Shown here: piece by piece, positions 1 to 9,673 of the stretch
Numbering within the stretch: the first letter of the stretch is position 1
Layout of the letters: each line of letters opens with the position of its first letter
Origin: Candidatus Cloacimonadales bacterium
GTDB lineage: Bacteria; Cloacimonadota; Cloacimonadia; Cloacimonadales; JAIOQZ01
NCBI GenBank assembly: GCA_963662655.2
Contig: CAXXTU010000002.1
Coordinates: forward strand, 2,272,001-2,336,000
Length of the DNA stretch: 64,000 bases
Direction of reading: 5' to 3'
Position numbers and translations under genes: made by a program
Notes under the pieces: model-generated
What the model was told of the DNA's origin: nothing
Database searches by the model: none
Seen by the model: the letters and a program-made list of their open reading frames with translations, nothing else

Positions 1-604
1 GTGAAATCTCGTCCCCAACCAGGCACGAACCGAGCGAGATCGGATTTGCGCTCACGTTCAATTCCGGAGAAGGCATCGATAATTCGAAATTATCCACCGC
101 CAACTCGATGTATGTGCCATTCGTGTTCGATAAGTATCCCAAAAAGCCAAAGTAAATCTCCGAATGACCTTCAGGATCGAAAGAATACTGAACATGAGCC
201 CACTCATTGAATGTCTCACAACCATATTCCGTGATTGGGTACCATGACATTTCATCGTATGAATACTGAAGCTGAAACATTGCTATATCAGGCGTTTGGA
301 GGTTACAACCCTGGAATAGATCGAAATCAATCGACAAAGGATTGCCATTGAGACCGGAGAGGTTAATCGACGAAGTTGTGGCCAAGGAATAATCAATACT
401 GCTGGGTGCGCTATTGTAGATGTGAAGCTTGTAATCACTGTTACACCCGGGAGAATCCACCGTCCAATAAGAATCAGTAAAAGAAATCGTATCCCATCCA
501 CCCGGATACCAGCCGGTTTCAAAATTCTGCTGATAGAGAATCGTATCTGCCGACAGCGCTACGCTGCCAACGAGTAAAGCAAGAATTAGTACAAGATGTT
601 TCAT
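1..604 (-). CDS. Secreted protein, N-terminal part (signal peptide + MAM/cleaved-adhesin-like beta domain); runs off the left edge
   Basis: Hand translation of the minus strand from ATG at 604: MKHLVLILALLVGSVALSADTILYQQNFETGWYPGGW...AVDNFELSMPSPELNVSANPISLG, open to position 1. Its ATG overlaps the TGA of the upstream ORF (ATGA). Absent from the ORF track because it has no stop in the window. Confidence 0.8.
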   Translation of the reverse strand, partial: MKHLVLILALLVGSVALSADTILYQQNFETGWYPGGWDTISFTDSYWTVDSPGCNSDYKLHIYNSAPSSIDYSLATTSSINLSGLNGNPLSIDFDLFQGCNLQTPDIAMFQLQYSYDEMSWYPITEYGCETFNEWAHVQYSFDPEGHSEIYFGFLGYLSNTNGTYIELAVDNFELSMPSPELNVSANPISLGSCLVGDEIS

Positions 605-1011
605 AGAACCTCCATTTCGTTTTCAATATTTTGTTTGTTTGTGTTTGGCTTGGTTGACAGATTTATCTCGCGATATCGTCGCTCTTCGTAATACTCGAGA
701 AGCGTTATCAATGATTCTATATCCGGCACACAGGCCACAGGAGCATGCTGCGAGTTGTTATTCAGTCCGCCGTTGATTTTTCCGCAAACAATGTGAAGCG
801 ATGACGGTGAATCGTTTATAATCTCCTGAAAAAGCGGATAATCCCCGTCAAAACGGATAATCATTACGATGAAGCGGAAAGAGTATTTCTGCACCAGTTG
901 CAGCGCTTCCTGAACCGAAACAGCGAGGAAGATCGATCCCATCACGTTCTTCTGCAATCGCTCCAGGAGTTCTGAAGGAATATCGTTCGAGCCAATTAAT
1001 AATGTGTTCAT
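601..1011 (-). CDS. Hypothetical protein, possibly a degenerate receiver-like domain
   Basis: Track ORF 601..1056. Start moved to ATG 1011 (MNTLLIGS) because the 1056 ATG lies inside a sigma54-like promoter. 'AVSVQEALQLVQKYSFRFIVM' resembles receiver alpha2-beta3 but lacks the phospho-Asp. Confidence 0.5.
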   Translation of the reverse strand: MNTLLIGSNDIPSELLERLQKNVMGSIFLAVSVQEALQLVQKYSFRFIVMIIRFDGDYPLFQEIINDSPSSLHIVCGKINGGLNNNSQHAPVACVPDIESLITLLEYYEERRYREINLSTKPNTNKQNIENEMEVL

Positions 1012-1039
1012 AACCAATCCGTTTTTTTCAATTGGTAAT

Positions 1040-1055
1040 AACACATCCTGTGCCA
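1040..1055 (-). promoter_or_regulatory. Putative sigma54 (-24/-12) promoter
   Basis: Minus strand TGGCAC-AGGAT-GTGTT: perfect -24 element, imperfect -12. Lies directly downstream of a sigma54 activator gene, with palindromes upstream. Confidence 0.45.
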
Positions 1056-1138
1056 TCCGCGTAATGTTCTGTTATTGTTAGGGTTACAAATCAGGTGAGC
1101 TTTAATGTGGATTTGCGGGGGTATTTTCAGGATTCTTA

Positions 1139-1253
1139 CATGTCGTAATCGACATGCGGAAAATGCAGTTCGCCTTGCATCTTGCTTTATTTCAACATGT
1201 TAGGATGTTTCAGCAAAATTTCTCTATTTCGTCATATCTGACGATATCGTCAG
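1139..1253. promoter_or_regulatory. Candidate enhancer (UAS) palindromes for the neighbouring bEBP
   Basis: Perfect palindrome CTGACGATATCGTCAG (1238-1253) and near-palindrome CATGTCGTAATCGACATG (1139-1156), both TGwCG-N4-CGwCA. Confidence 0.45.
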
Positions 1254-1289
1254 GTTTCGCGCATAAAATGCTATATTTTACAACTCGGT

Positions 1290-3560
1290 TCACCCTGCCT
1301 GGTGTCGCGTTGGTATCCCCAGTTTGACGAGCCTACGCTCTACTGCCTTCGCCGTAATTCCCAGGAGCCTCGCAGCCGCAGCCTGGTTTCCGTGTGTGAT
1401 TTCCAGAGCTTTTCGTATCGCCTGCTCTTCCAACTCTGCAAGGTTCATCGTCGTACTGCCTTGAACCGGCTTTGCCAGTGCGCTTCCATGCAGGCTGACA
1501 TGCCCTTTCTGCAGCGTGGAGCTGTCGCAGAGGATAACCGCCTTCTCGGCCAGGTTCTTGAGCTCCCTGATGTTTCCCGGAAACGGGTACTTCATCAGCA
1601 TTTCGATCACGTCCGGATCGACCCGGCGAATCGTCTTGTTCATGGCCCGGGAGAAGAAGCCGATATAGTGCTCGAACAAGATCGGGATATCGGTTACCCG
1701 CTCCCGAAGCGGCGGTATGTGTATGACAAAAGCTGCCAGGCGGTGATAGAGGTCCTCGCGGAATTTGCCGTCGTGTACGAGCTCCGTCAGATTCTGATTG
1801 GTCGCAGAGATGATGCGGACATTGACGGATATCTGGTTTCTCGCTCCGACGCGGATGACGTTCCTCTCCTCCAGGACCCGCAGTAATTTGATCTGTTGCT
1901 CGACAGGCATCGTCCCGATTTCATCGAGGAAGAGCGTTCCGCCGTTTGCAACCTCGAACCAGCCCGGCTTGGCTGTCAGCGCTCCGGTGAAAGCCCCCTT
2001 TTCATGTCCGAAGAGCTCGCTCTCGAACAGCGTTGCGGAGATCGCGGAGGAATTGACGCCGTGGAAGAAATTCTTCGATCGCTTGCTGGCATCGTGGATG
2101 GCCTTGGCGATCAGTTCTTTTCCCGTGCCGCTCTCGCCGATGATCAACACAGTTGTGTTATCCGTCAGAGCGACTTTCCCCACCATATCAAGCACCGCTT
2201 TGATCTCGTCGCTTTCACCGATGATCTTGCTCCCTGCGACTTCATGCAACCGATCCTGGATGAAGTTCAACGAACGCTCGCTTCTTCTGAGCTGGCTCAG
2301 CGTGTTCTCGATGCAGGTCTTTTGCTCTGCGATCTGCCGGTTTTTCTCCATCAGCTCTACATTCTTCAGCCGATAGATCTCCGCTTCCCGCTTTTGGGTT
2401 TCGAGGTCGTACTTTGTCTGGATTTCGTCGAGCTTTGCCAGTCGCTCCTCGTTGTATATGATGTCTTTGATCTCATGCAGTTTGATCAGATATCGATATG
2501 CGTTCTCGTAATCACCGATGCCGGAGTAGCTGTTTACATAAACGCCGAGTAAGCCAAGCTTCAAGTCTTTACGTTCGAGAGATGAGACATCGATTTGATT
2601 GCACATCTCCAGCGCTTCCGTGTATCGCTCTTCCAGATTCAACAGCCTCGCCAGCGAAATCATCGATGACACGACCGATTCATCGTCATCAATCTCTTTT
2701 CGAAGCTTCAGCGTCCTCTCGAAAAAATACCTGGCTGTTGTGTAATCCTTCAGTTCCTCGTGCACCAGCCCAAGAGCATGCAATGTGTTATGGATGAGAT
2801 GCTGCTTCCCATGCTTCTCCTTGTACTTCAAGGATTCAGTGAAATAGGGAATCGATTCTTCCAACCGCCCCGAATCCTTCAGCAAAATCCCCATCATGTT
2901 CAGCGCTTTGGAGAGTTGGATTTCCTGCCCGGCCTTACGATATATCTGTACCGATTTGTCGACAACCTCAATCGCGTGATCGATGTTGTCCATGCGACTG
3001 TATATTTCTCCGATGTTCAGGTAACAACTCGCAATCCCCAATTGCTCGTTGTTCTTCTCGCGGAGTTTCAGCGCTTTGATGCAATACTTGAGGGCGTCGT
3101 CGAACTCGCAGATTCTTGCGTAGCAATTGCCGATGTTGTTGTATAAAACACCCAATGGATGGTCTCCAAGCGATTCTTCCCTGCCTTCTATCGCGTGTTT
3201 GAACCAGTGAATCGCCTGCTCGTATTTGTTGAGCATCCTGTAAGTATTTCCAAGAACGTTGCAAACGTAGAGCAGCTCAGGCAGCAGATTCTCCCGTTCG
3301 AGCAGGCCGATGGACCCCTCGAAGCAAGCAATCGCCTCCTTATGACGATCCTCTTCATGCAATACCGCTCCCAATACGATATCGACGTACTCTCTTGGGC
3401 ACGCATTCTTCGCATGATGCTCTTCGAGCTTCGCCAACACCGCACGCGCTTCGTCGATCTTTTCGTGGGACGCAAGAGACGTTCCTTCAGCGATCAAATC
3501 CTGCGGGGATAGTTCATCTATTTTTTTCATCAGATCATGATCGGGCATTGTGGCCTCCAA
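1290..3560 (-). CDS. TPR-repeat sigma54-dependent transcriptional activator (TPR + AAA+ + Fis HTH)
   Basis: N-terminal TPRs; Walker [40 protein letters not shown]-terminal HTH GNQAAAARLLGI. Confidence 0.93.
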   Translation of the reverse strand: MEATMPDHDLMKKIDELSPQDLIAEGTSLASHEKIDEARAVLAKLEEHHAKNACPREYVDIVLGAVLHEEDRHKEAIACFEGSIGLLERENLLPELLYVCNVLGNTYRMLNKYEQAIHWFKHAIEGREESLGDHPLGVLYNNIGNCYARICEFDDALKYCIKALKLREKNNEQLGIASCYLNIGEIYSRMDNIDHAIEVVDKSVQIYRKAGQEIQLSKALNMMGILLKDSGRLEESIPYFTESLKYKEKHGKQHLIHNTLHALGLVHEELKDYTTARYFFERTLKLRKEIDDDESVVSSMISLARLLNLEERYTEALEMCNQIDVSSLERKDLKLGLLGVYVNSYSGIGDYENAYRYLIKLHEIKDIIYNEERLAKLDEIQTKYDLETQKREAEIYRLKNVELMEKNRQIAEQKTCIENTLSQLRRSERSLNFIQDRLHEVAGSKIIGESDEIKAVLDMVGKVALTDNTTVLIIGESGTGKELIAKAIHDASKRSKNFFHGVNSSAISATLFESELFGHEKGAFTGALTAKPGWFEVANGGTLFLDEIGTMPVEQQIKLLRVLEERNVIRVGARNQISVNVRIISATNQNLTELVHDGKFREDLYHRLAAFVIHIPPLRERVTDIPILFEHYIGFFSRAMNKTIRRVDPDVIEMLMKYPFPGNIRELKNLAEKAVILCDSSTLQKGHVSLHGSALAKPVQGSTTMNLAELEEQAIRKALEITHGNQAAAARLLGITAKAVERRLVKLGIPTRHQAG

Positions 3561-3641
3561 ATTCTGAACAAGAAATTCGAGTGGTTCAACGTCAAGATTT
3601 TTTAAATGCCATTCAGGTAAAAAATAGCTCGTTCGTGGAAA

Positions 3642-3768
3642 GTTCGTGAGCAGGTTCGTTCGATCTGTCTCGAAGGCGTGGTGTTACACGTCTATTCTTC
3701 TCGCTCGATAGACACTTGACGTGTTATATCCACGCTGGAGGGACAGATCGGGCGAAGATGCCACGAAC
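3642..3768 (+). repeat. Dispersed ~125-nt long-hairpin element, copy 1
   Basis: GTTCGTGAGCA..TTCGTTCGATCTGTC..GCGTGGTGTTACACGTC-loop-GACGTGTTATATCCACGC..GACAGATCGGGCGAA..TGCCACGAAC; related copies at 12267, 15292 and 20354. Confidence 0.85.
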
Positions 3769-3769
3769 G

Positions 3770-6700
3770 CTATCGAAGCTCCTCCATCATCTCCCTGCAC
3801 TCGCAGCATTTCTCGTCATCGCTCGCTTCGAGAATCGGCAAGGCCTTGTTCAGGAATTCCCGGGCCTCCTCGTATCGCCGCATCAATTTCAATGTCTTGC
3901 CGATGTTGTACAAGACGATTCCCGTCCTGTGATTTTCCGGAGAAAGCTTCTGCTCGTTTATCTTCAGCGCTTGATGGTAATACTCCAGAGCGTCCTCATA
4001 TTGGCCGGACTTCATGTATGAAGTACCGATGTTGTGAAGGGTAACGGCTACCTGCGGATGATCATCCCCGAAGCAATTCTTCTGAATCGCAAGAGCTTTG
4101 CTATAATACTCGAGCGCTTGCTCGAACGCCCCCAACTCCATGTAGGTTAATCCGATCATGTGACAGGTGACACCGGTGTGCGGGTGGATTTTCCCCAGGC
4201 TTTTTTCCCGGATGTCCAACGCCTTGGCGTAGAACTCGAGCGCTGTGTCCAGCTTTCCCATATTCCGGTAAACCGAACCGATACTGTAGTAGCTGTTTGC
4301 CGTGTCCCGATGCTCGCAACCCAACTTGTCCTCTTGAATCTTCAGACCCCTGTTCAGCATTTCCAGGGCTTTGTCGTAAAGCCCCATGTTCATGTAAACG
4401 GAACCGACATTCCCGTAGCTGATGGCAGTGTAAGGATGCTCCGGACCCCGCTTGGCAATATTGATATCCAGCGCTTTGTTGTAATACTCCAGGGCCTGCT
4501 GAAATTCGCCGCGATATTTATGAAACCATGCGATGTTATTGTAAGCGCTGCCAGTCTGTGGGTGGTTTGGACCCAACCTCGATTCAAATATCTTCAGCGC
4601 CGAGAGGTTGTAATCGAGGGCGCGTTCGTAATCACCCAGATTCTTGTACACCGATGCAAGATGATGATAGATGCTGGCCATTTTGGGGTGGTTATCGCTA
4701 TAAAGCTTCATACGCCGATCCAGCGTTATCAGGAAGTACTTCAACGCCAGGTCGAACTTTGCCTGATCGAAATATGCAAGACCAATATTGTAATAGATAA
4801 CATCCGTATTAATCAACGCCCGAGACTCGTTTTGCTCGTAAATCTCCAAAGCGCGGAAAAAGATTTTCAGCGCTTGTTCGTTGTCCCCTCTGGCCTTGTG
4901 AACCATCGCAATATTGATGTATGGCGCAGCCGAATCCGCTACCGCGAGGTCGTCGTTCTTCTCAAAGATTTCCTGCGCTCTTTTGAAATGGCCCAAAGCC
5001 ATATCCCAATTCCCTTTACGCAAATGAACCGACCCGAGATTGTCCTGTATGCTCGCCTCTCGTTTCGGGTCCGCGATGGCCTCATTCCTTAGCAGATCCA
5101 ATGCAATATTCAAGGTATCGAGCGCATTACCGTAATCCCCCATGAGGTAATAGACGGAGGCAAGCTCGTTGTTCATATCCGTGAGGAGAAACGACTCTGT
5201 TATCTCCTGGCTTTGGATTATCGAAAGGATGCGAAGATATACCTTCGCCGAATCCTCAAGCTCGTACTTCTCTTTGTGATTCTCCGCAGCTATGTGATAG
5301 TAGTGTATCGCCTTGTGATAGTAATTCCCAAATTCGTAATGCAGCCCTATTTCCTCGGAACGTTCGACGATTTGTCCACGAAACACCTCTTCCATTGCCT
5401 TTGCCGCGGCAAGATGCAGCGATACCTGTTCCTCGCCGAACATGCGCTGGTAAACGGTTTCTCGGATCAGGATATGACTGAATTCATACAGAGATTGCGT
5501 ATATTCAATCCAGATCCGGTTGATCCTGCCAATTCGCAGATTGTCGTCGATATCTTCACCCAACATGAGACGCAACACATCCTTGTTGAACTCCATCCCC
5601 AGGACACTCGCATTCCGGATGCATCTGCGAACATCCTTGTCCATCCGGTCGATCCTGCTGCCGATAATATCACTGATACCGAACATGCTGATGTGCTCGA
5701 CCTTACCATTGAGGTTTCCCTGATAATCCAGGCTTCCGCTCTCCTGAAGAAACGCAGTGAACTGCTCCGTGAATAACGGATTTCCCATTGCCCTGTCTTT
5801 GATAAACCGGATCGTCGCAGCAGGAACATGGTTGATCCGGAGAACAGATTCTATCAAATCGCCACAGGATTCATCCGAGATATTCAAAAGCTCCATTTCT
5901 AGCGAGTTCGATTCGTCGATCTCAATATCCAGCTTCTCGTCCTGGAGCATGTATCGATACGATACTACCAGCATGATCCTGGCTTTCACATTGTCGAGAA
6001 GGTATTTGATATACTCCAGCGTTCGGCTGTCCATCCACTGGCTGTCATCGAGATTGATAATCACGGGCTTGTTCATCGATATGGTTTTCAAGAACCACGA
6101 AAAAGCGCTCTTCAAAACCTCGTTACGCTCGGACGGAGCCGTGTGCTCCCAAATCGACTCGCCCCAATGAAATCCAAGAAGAGAGCCGATAACCGATTCG
6201 TTTCGATCTCGTTCCACTGGATCGCCCGGAAGCGCTGCCCACAAGCCCGAGAACATCGCCTTCGCAGCTTCTTGCGGCATCTCGGAATTGATGTAGAAAT
6301 AATCCTTCAGAAGCTTCCTGAGGGGTTCCAGCGGTTTTTGTATCAGTGAATCGCAGTGTACGAAGAATTTGAAAAACCGGTCGGGAGAACACTCCCTGAA
6401 CGCCTCCTCGATGAGCCGGCTTTTTCCAATTCCCGCTTCGCCCACAAGGTGCAACAGCTGCGTGGTCTCTTCCCGAATACACTTTTCCACCATTTCCTGA
6501 ATCTGAGCGATTTCCTTTTCACGCCCGACAAACCTGCTCTTGAACCGCCACCCGACCTTCTCCGTCTGCCGATTCAGTTTGTAGTACTTGACCGGCACAG
6601 AGAATCCCTTTAGCGTGAGCGAGCCCAGGAAATCGAAATCATACAGGGTGTGCATCTCCTGCCAGATGTAGTTATCGCAGAGTATTTCCTCCGGTCGTGC

Positions 6701-7759
6701 CCGTGCAATCAATCTGGCGGCAAGGTTCATCGCGTAGCCCATCGCGGTGTATTCCCGTGCGGAAGCGCACCCGACATAACCCGCAAAGACATTTCCGCAA
6801 CTGATACTCACAGAAACGCCGCGCAACCGTGTGAGAACTTCGAGCGCGAACTCGCACAAACGCTCCAGCGCCTTGCCTTCCATAAACGGAATACCGAACA
6901 GGATGATCGCTATCATCCCCTTATCCGTGGCATCCAGCTTGTTGATAAACCCGCCATAGAGATCGGCCAGCTCATGAAGAATTTCTATCGATAATTCCCG
7001 CTTCTCCGGCTCGATCGCCGTGAAATCCACAAAGCTGAAAGCCGCGTCGCGAATCTCGTTTCCCGGATTCTCCCCCCGGAATTTCGGGTGGATGAAAACC
7101 TCGGGAGTCTCTCTTCCGATCGACTTAACATTCGATTTGAGAGTCGTAGGAGAAACCGCGGGAACATAGCCGTTATCTGTCGGAGAAAAACGCTCCAGTC
7201 CCAGACGTTTCGCAGCCGATTCCGAGAACAGGAAATCCTGTTTGTTCAAGGCGAGCGCCATCAATTCCCGAATCGCACCTCCCATGAACAGGTATTCGTA
7301 TTGCCAGGGATTTCTATAGATTCGCCAGTCGATATCTCCGTAAGTTACCGTAAGGCGCACTCGAATCTCGAACTCGTCGAACTCCGTCCGAAACAACCCG
7401 TTCAGCTCGTACCATCTCCAGATATCCAGCACAACGGGAAGAATGTCGCTTTGATCCGGGAAAAACGCAGTAAAGGCATCGCCGGCAAACTGCCCGACAA
7501 ATCCGCCATGCTGGTCGATCGTTTCGATCGGGTACGACAGGCTGCGCTCCAGCAGGCGACTCAATTCTTCCGCCCCCTTTTTCCCATGATTGCGAAAGAT
7601 GGACGATATCGATGTGAAATCAACGATATCGAGGAATAACGCATACCCGGAGAAACACCCCTCGAATTGCCGGTTATTATTCCGGTCAACAATGAATGAC
7701 GGCACATATCGTATCATGATTGCTTCATTACTCCACTCAGAATATACGGATACATTCAC
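3770..7759 (-). CDS. Adenylate/guanylate cyclase + AAA ATPase (STAND-like) + TPR protein
   Basis: Class III cyclase motifs LFLDIVDFT, QFAGDAF and second domain REYTAMGYAMNLAARL; FVGREKE...GEAGIGKSRL P-loop; long C-terminal 42-aa TPR array. Confidence 0.9.
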   Translation of the reverse strand: MNVSVYSEWSNEAIMIRYVPSFIVDRNNNRQFEGCFSGYALFLDIVDFTSISSIFRNHGKKGAEELSRLLERSLSYPIETIDQHGGFVGQFAGDAFTAFFPDQSDILPVVLDIWRWYELNGLFRTEFDEFEIRVRLTVTYGDIDWRIYRNPWQYEYLFMGGAIRELMALALNKQDFLFSESAAKRLGLERFSPTDNGYVPAVSPTTLKSNVKSIGRETPEVFIHPKFRGENPGNEIRDAAFSFVDFTAIEPEKRELSIEILHELADLYGGFINKLDATDKGMIAIILFGIPFMEGKALERLCEFALEVLTRLRGVSVSISCGNVFAGYVGCASAREYTAMGYAMNLAARLIARARPEEILCDNYIWQEMHTLYDFDFLGSLTLKGFSVPVKYYKLNRQTEKVGWRFKSRFVGREKEIAQIQEMVEKCIREETTQLLHLVGEAGIGKSRLIEEAFRECSPDRFFKFFVHCDSLIQKPLEPLRKLLKDYFYINSEMPQEAAKAMFSGLWAALPGDPVERDRNESVIGSLLGFHWGESIWEHTAPSERNEVLKSAFSWFLKTISMNKPVIINLDDSQWMDSRTLEYIKYLLDNVKARIMLVVSYRYMLQDEKLDIEIDESNSLEMELLNISDESCGDLIESVLRINHVPAATIRFIKDRAMGNPLFTEQFTAFLQESGSLDYQGNLNGKVEHISMFGISDIIGSRIDRMDKDVRRCIRNASVLGMEFNKDVLRLMLGEDIDDNLRIGRINRIWIEYTQSLYEFSHILIRETVYQRMFGEEQVSLHLAAAKAMEEVFRGQIVERSEEIGLHYEFGNYYHKAIHYYHIAAENHKEKYELEDSAKVYLRILSIIQSQEITESFLLTDMNNELASVYYLMGDYGNALDTLNIALDLLRNEAIADPKREASIQDNLGSVHLRKGNWDMALGHFKRAQEIFEKNDDLAVADSAAPYINIAMVHKARGDNEQALKIFFRALEIYEQNESRALINTDVIYYNIGLAYFDQAKFDLALKYFLITLDRRMKLYSDNHPKMASIYHHLASVYKNLGDYERALDYNLSALKIFESRLGPNHPQTGSAYNNIAWFHKYRGEFQQALEYYNKALDINIAKRGPEHPYTAISYGNVGSVYMNMGLYDKALEMLNRGLKIQEDKLGCEHRDTANSYYSIGSVYRNMGKLDTALEFYAKALDIREKSLGKIHPHTGVTCHMIGLTYMELGAFEQALEYYSKALAIQKNCFGDDHPQVAVTLHNIGTSYMKSGQYEDALEYYHQALKINEQKLSPENHRTGIVLYNIGKTLKLMRRYEEAREFLNKALPILEASDDEKCCECREMMEELR

Positions 7760-7765
7760 GGATTC

Positions 7766-8440
7766 TCATGACAAATCGATCTCGAAGCTGCACACTTCAT
7801 CCTGCTGCATGATCGATTTCAGTACGCGAATTTTCACGGGTCGCTGAAGGATTTCTTCCCATACTCCCTTATAGAAACCGGCGCCGCAGTAACAGTAGCT
7901 TACGGGGATATCGATCCCTTCCCTGACCGCGTCTCGAATGCGTGGGCAATGACAGTAAATCTCCCGGCGCCGCTGTGGATCCGATTCCGCCAGGTATTCC
8001 TTGAGGAAACCACTCTTGGGAATCTTCGTTGCGACGATGCGGTTGCCCTCAATCACTCCGGCCGCACCCCATCCGCGCGAAACGACATCCGCTATCATCT
8101 CTTCACCGAGCAGGAGATGATTGCGCAGCATCGACACAAATCGCTCTTGAAGCATCCGATGCGCCAGGGCGGTGTCGCCGCTTTCCCGATAAACCGTTCG
8201 TATCGGTGCGAGATCCTCAACCGGATACCGGCAGGCGCAATCGAGCATGATATCGCTGGTTCCGGCGCTTCCGAAATGGTCATGCAGCTTGCCGAGAAGG
8301 TCAACCGTCCACTCGATATCCGATTTCGTTTCATCCAGCGCATCGATGATATCATGCAGCGTTTCCTCGCTCGAACGTATCCTGATCGCCTGATACAACT
8401 TGTCTTTCCATTGAGAATTGAAATCGTTCTGACCTGTCAT
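7766..8440 (-). CDS. Conserved hypothetical Cys-rich protein (DUF6144-like)
   Basis: CACRYP, YCHCPRIR, YCYCGAGFYKGVWEEIL...VCSFEI; 6 bp upstream of the cyclase gene, so likely co-transcribed. Confidence 0.65.
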   Translation of the reverse strand: MTGQNDFNSQWKDKLYQAIRIRSSEETLHDIIDALDETKSDIEWTVDLLGKLHDHFGSAGTSDIMLDCACRYPVEDLAPIRTVYRESGDTALAHRMLQERFVSMLRNHLLLGEEMIADVVSRGWGAAGVIEGNRIVATKIPKSGFLKEYLAESDPQRRREIYCHCPRIRDAVREGIDIPVSYCYCGAGFYKGVWEEILQRPVKIRVLKSIMQQDEVCSFEIDLS

Positions 8441-8692
8441 CGTTCCTCCCGAATTTGCCTGTATTTCTGCCGGAACAGGATGGTTGCCGAGTCATCCCAA
8501 CATTGTGACGCCGAGTGAAAAACGCAAGATTTTATTATTGAGTCTCCAGAGAACAATCCGAGAAAATGTATGCGATTCAGGATTCTTCATGGAATCGGGA
8601 TAAATTTAAACGATAATAATATCCTCAATTGTTAACAATTTCCTTGACGCGCAAACCATATTTCACGCAAATATTATTAATATGGAGGATTT

Positions 8693-9499
8693 ATGCCGAT
8701 TACCCTACTTGAAGTCGCTAAACTAAAGGCCTGTGATCGCCACTTTTATTGGGGCCTGCTCCCGGGAAAGCAATTCATACACATGGAAGAATCCGATGCC
8801 TTGATGAAACTGATCGAAGGCAAGGAAAGCAAGGATTTCGATTTCACCGTGCTCGACGAGCCAACCACCATTACCACCTGGCGGCTGACCGACAACCCTA
8901 ATTACGTGATCCCGATCGATCGAATCCTGAACTTCGCAAAGATCCTCGTTCTGGATAACTTGAGCTGCTATTCGATATGGGATAAATACATCGATCATTC
9001 CCCTGCCGTATACAACGATAACTGGCTGCACAAGGGCCATCCAGAAGCATACATGCGCTACCTCTTCTCCGTAATTTACGAAAACTGGCATGAATCGAAC
9101 TACCATCACATCGACGCGAAGCTGCAAGCGATCCTCGACGACATCTCTCTGAACTCCGAGCAGACCGTCCAGGCGGACGACTTCCGCAATTGGCTCGCGA
9201 CTTCCACTCACTTCTATCCACGCGTCGTTGGCGATAAATACCACGTTACACGCGATATCCTCTCCAAGCTGGAGGTCGGACAGAAAATCAACCTGATCCA
9301 GGAATCGTTCAACGACTACGACGACTATGCGATCGGCGTCTACCTGGAGAACGGCAAGCAACTGGGATACTTCAGGCGGCCCGTCGCGCGAGTACTCTAC
9401 AACCGGGTCAACCGCGAGATGTTCTCGGCCCGTATTCACTTCATCGATCCAGACGCCGGAAACAACGACCGGCTCATCGTTGAGGTCAATTTCCTTTAG
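8693..9499 (+). CDS. HIRAN domain-containing protein
   Basis: C-terminal VVGDKYH...LEVGQKINLIQESFNDYDDYAIGVYLENGKQLGYFRR is the HIRAN signature; GGAGG RBS. Confidence 0.8.
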   Translation: MPITLLEVAKLKACDRHFYWGLLPGKQFIHMEESDALMKLIEGKESKDFDFTVLDEPTTITTWRLTDNPNYVIPIDRILNFAKILVLDNLSCYSIWDKYIDHSPAVYNDNWLHKGHPEAYMRYLFSVIYENWHESNYHHIDAKLQAILDDISLNSEQTVQADDFRNWLATSTHFYPRVVGDKYHVTRDILSKLEVGQKINLIQESFNDYDDYAIGVYLENGKQLGYFRRPVARVLYNRVNREMFSARIHFIDPDAGNNDRLIVEVNFL

Positions 9500-9579
9500 G
9501 GATGATATAATCCAACCTTCTGCAATTCAACAGCTTTTATTCTTCTGAAAGTCATCCCCTGGATTTTTGCGCCACAAAA

Positions 9580-9606
9580 TTAGCAGTCCAACGCATGGTC
9601 TGCTAA
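9580..9606. promoter_or_regulatory. CIRCE-like HrcA operator upstream of clpB
   Basis: TTAGCAGTC-caacgcatg-GTCTGCTAA versus consensus TTAGCACTC-N9-GAGTGCTAA, with the exact 9-nt spacer. Confidence 0.75.
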
Positions 9607-9613
9607 TTTTTCC

Positions 9614-9642
9614 TTGACGCTTTCAACTGACTCCGTTATCTT
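9614..9642 (+). promoter_or_regulatory. Sigma70-type promoter of clpB
   Basis: TTGACG-17 nt-TATCTT directly after the CIRCE-like site. Confidence 0.6.
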
Positions 9643-9673
9643 ATTCTAAAAAGATCATCCAAACGGAGGCGCT

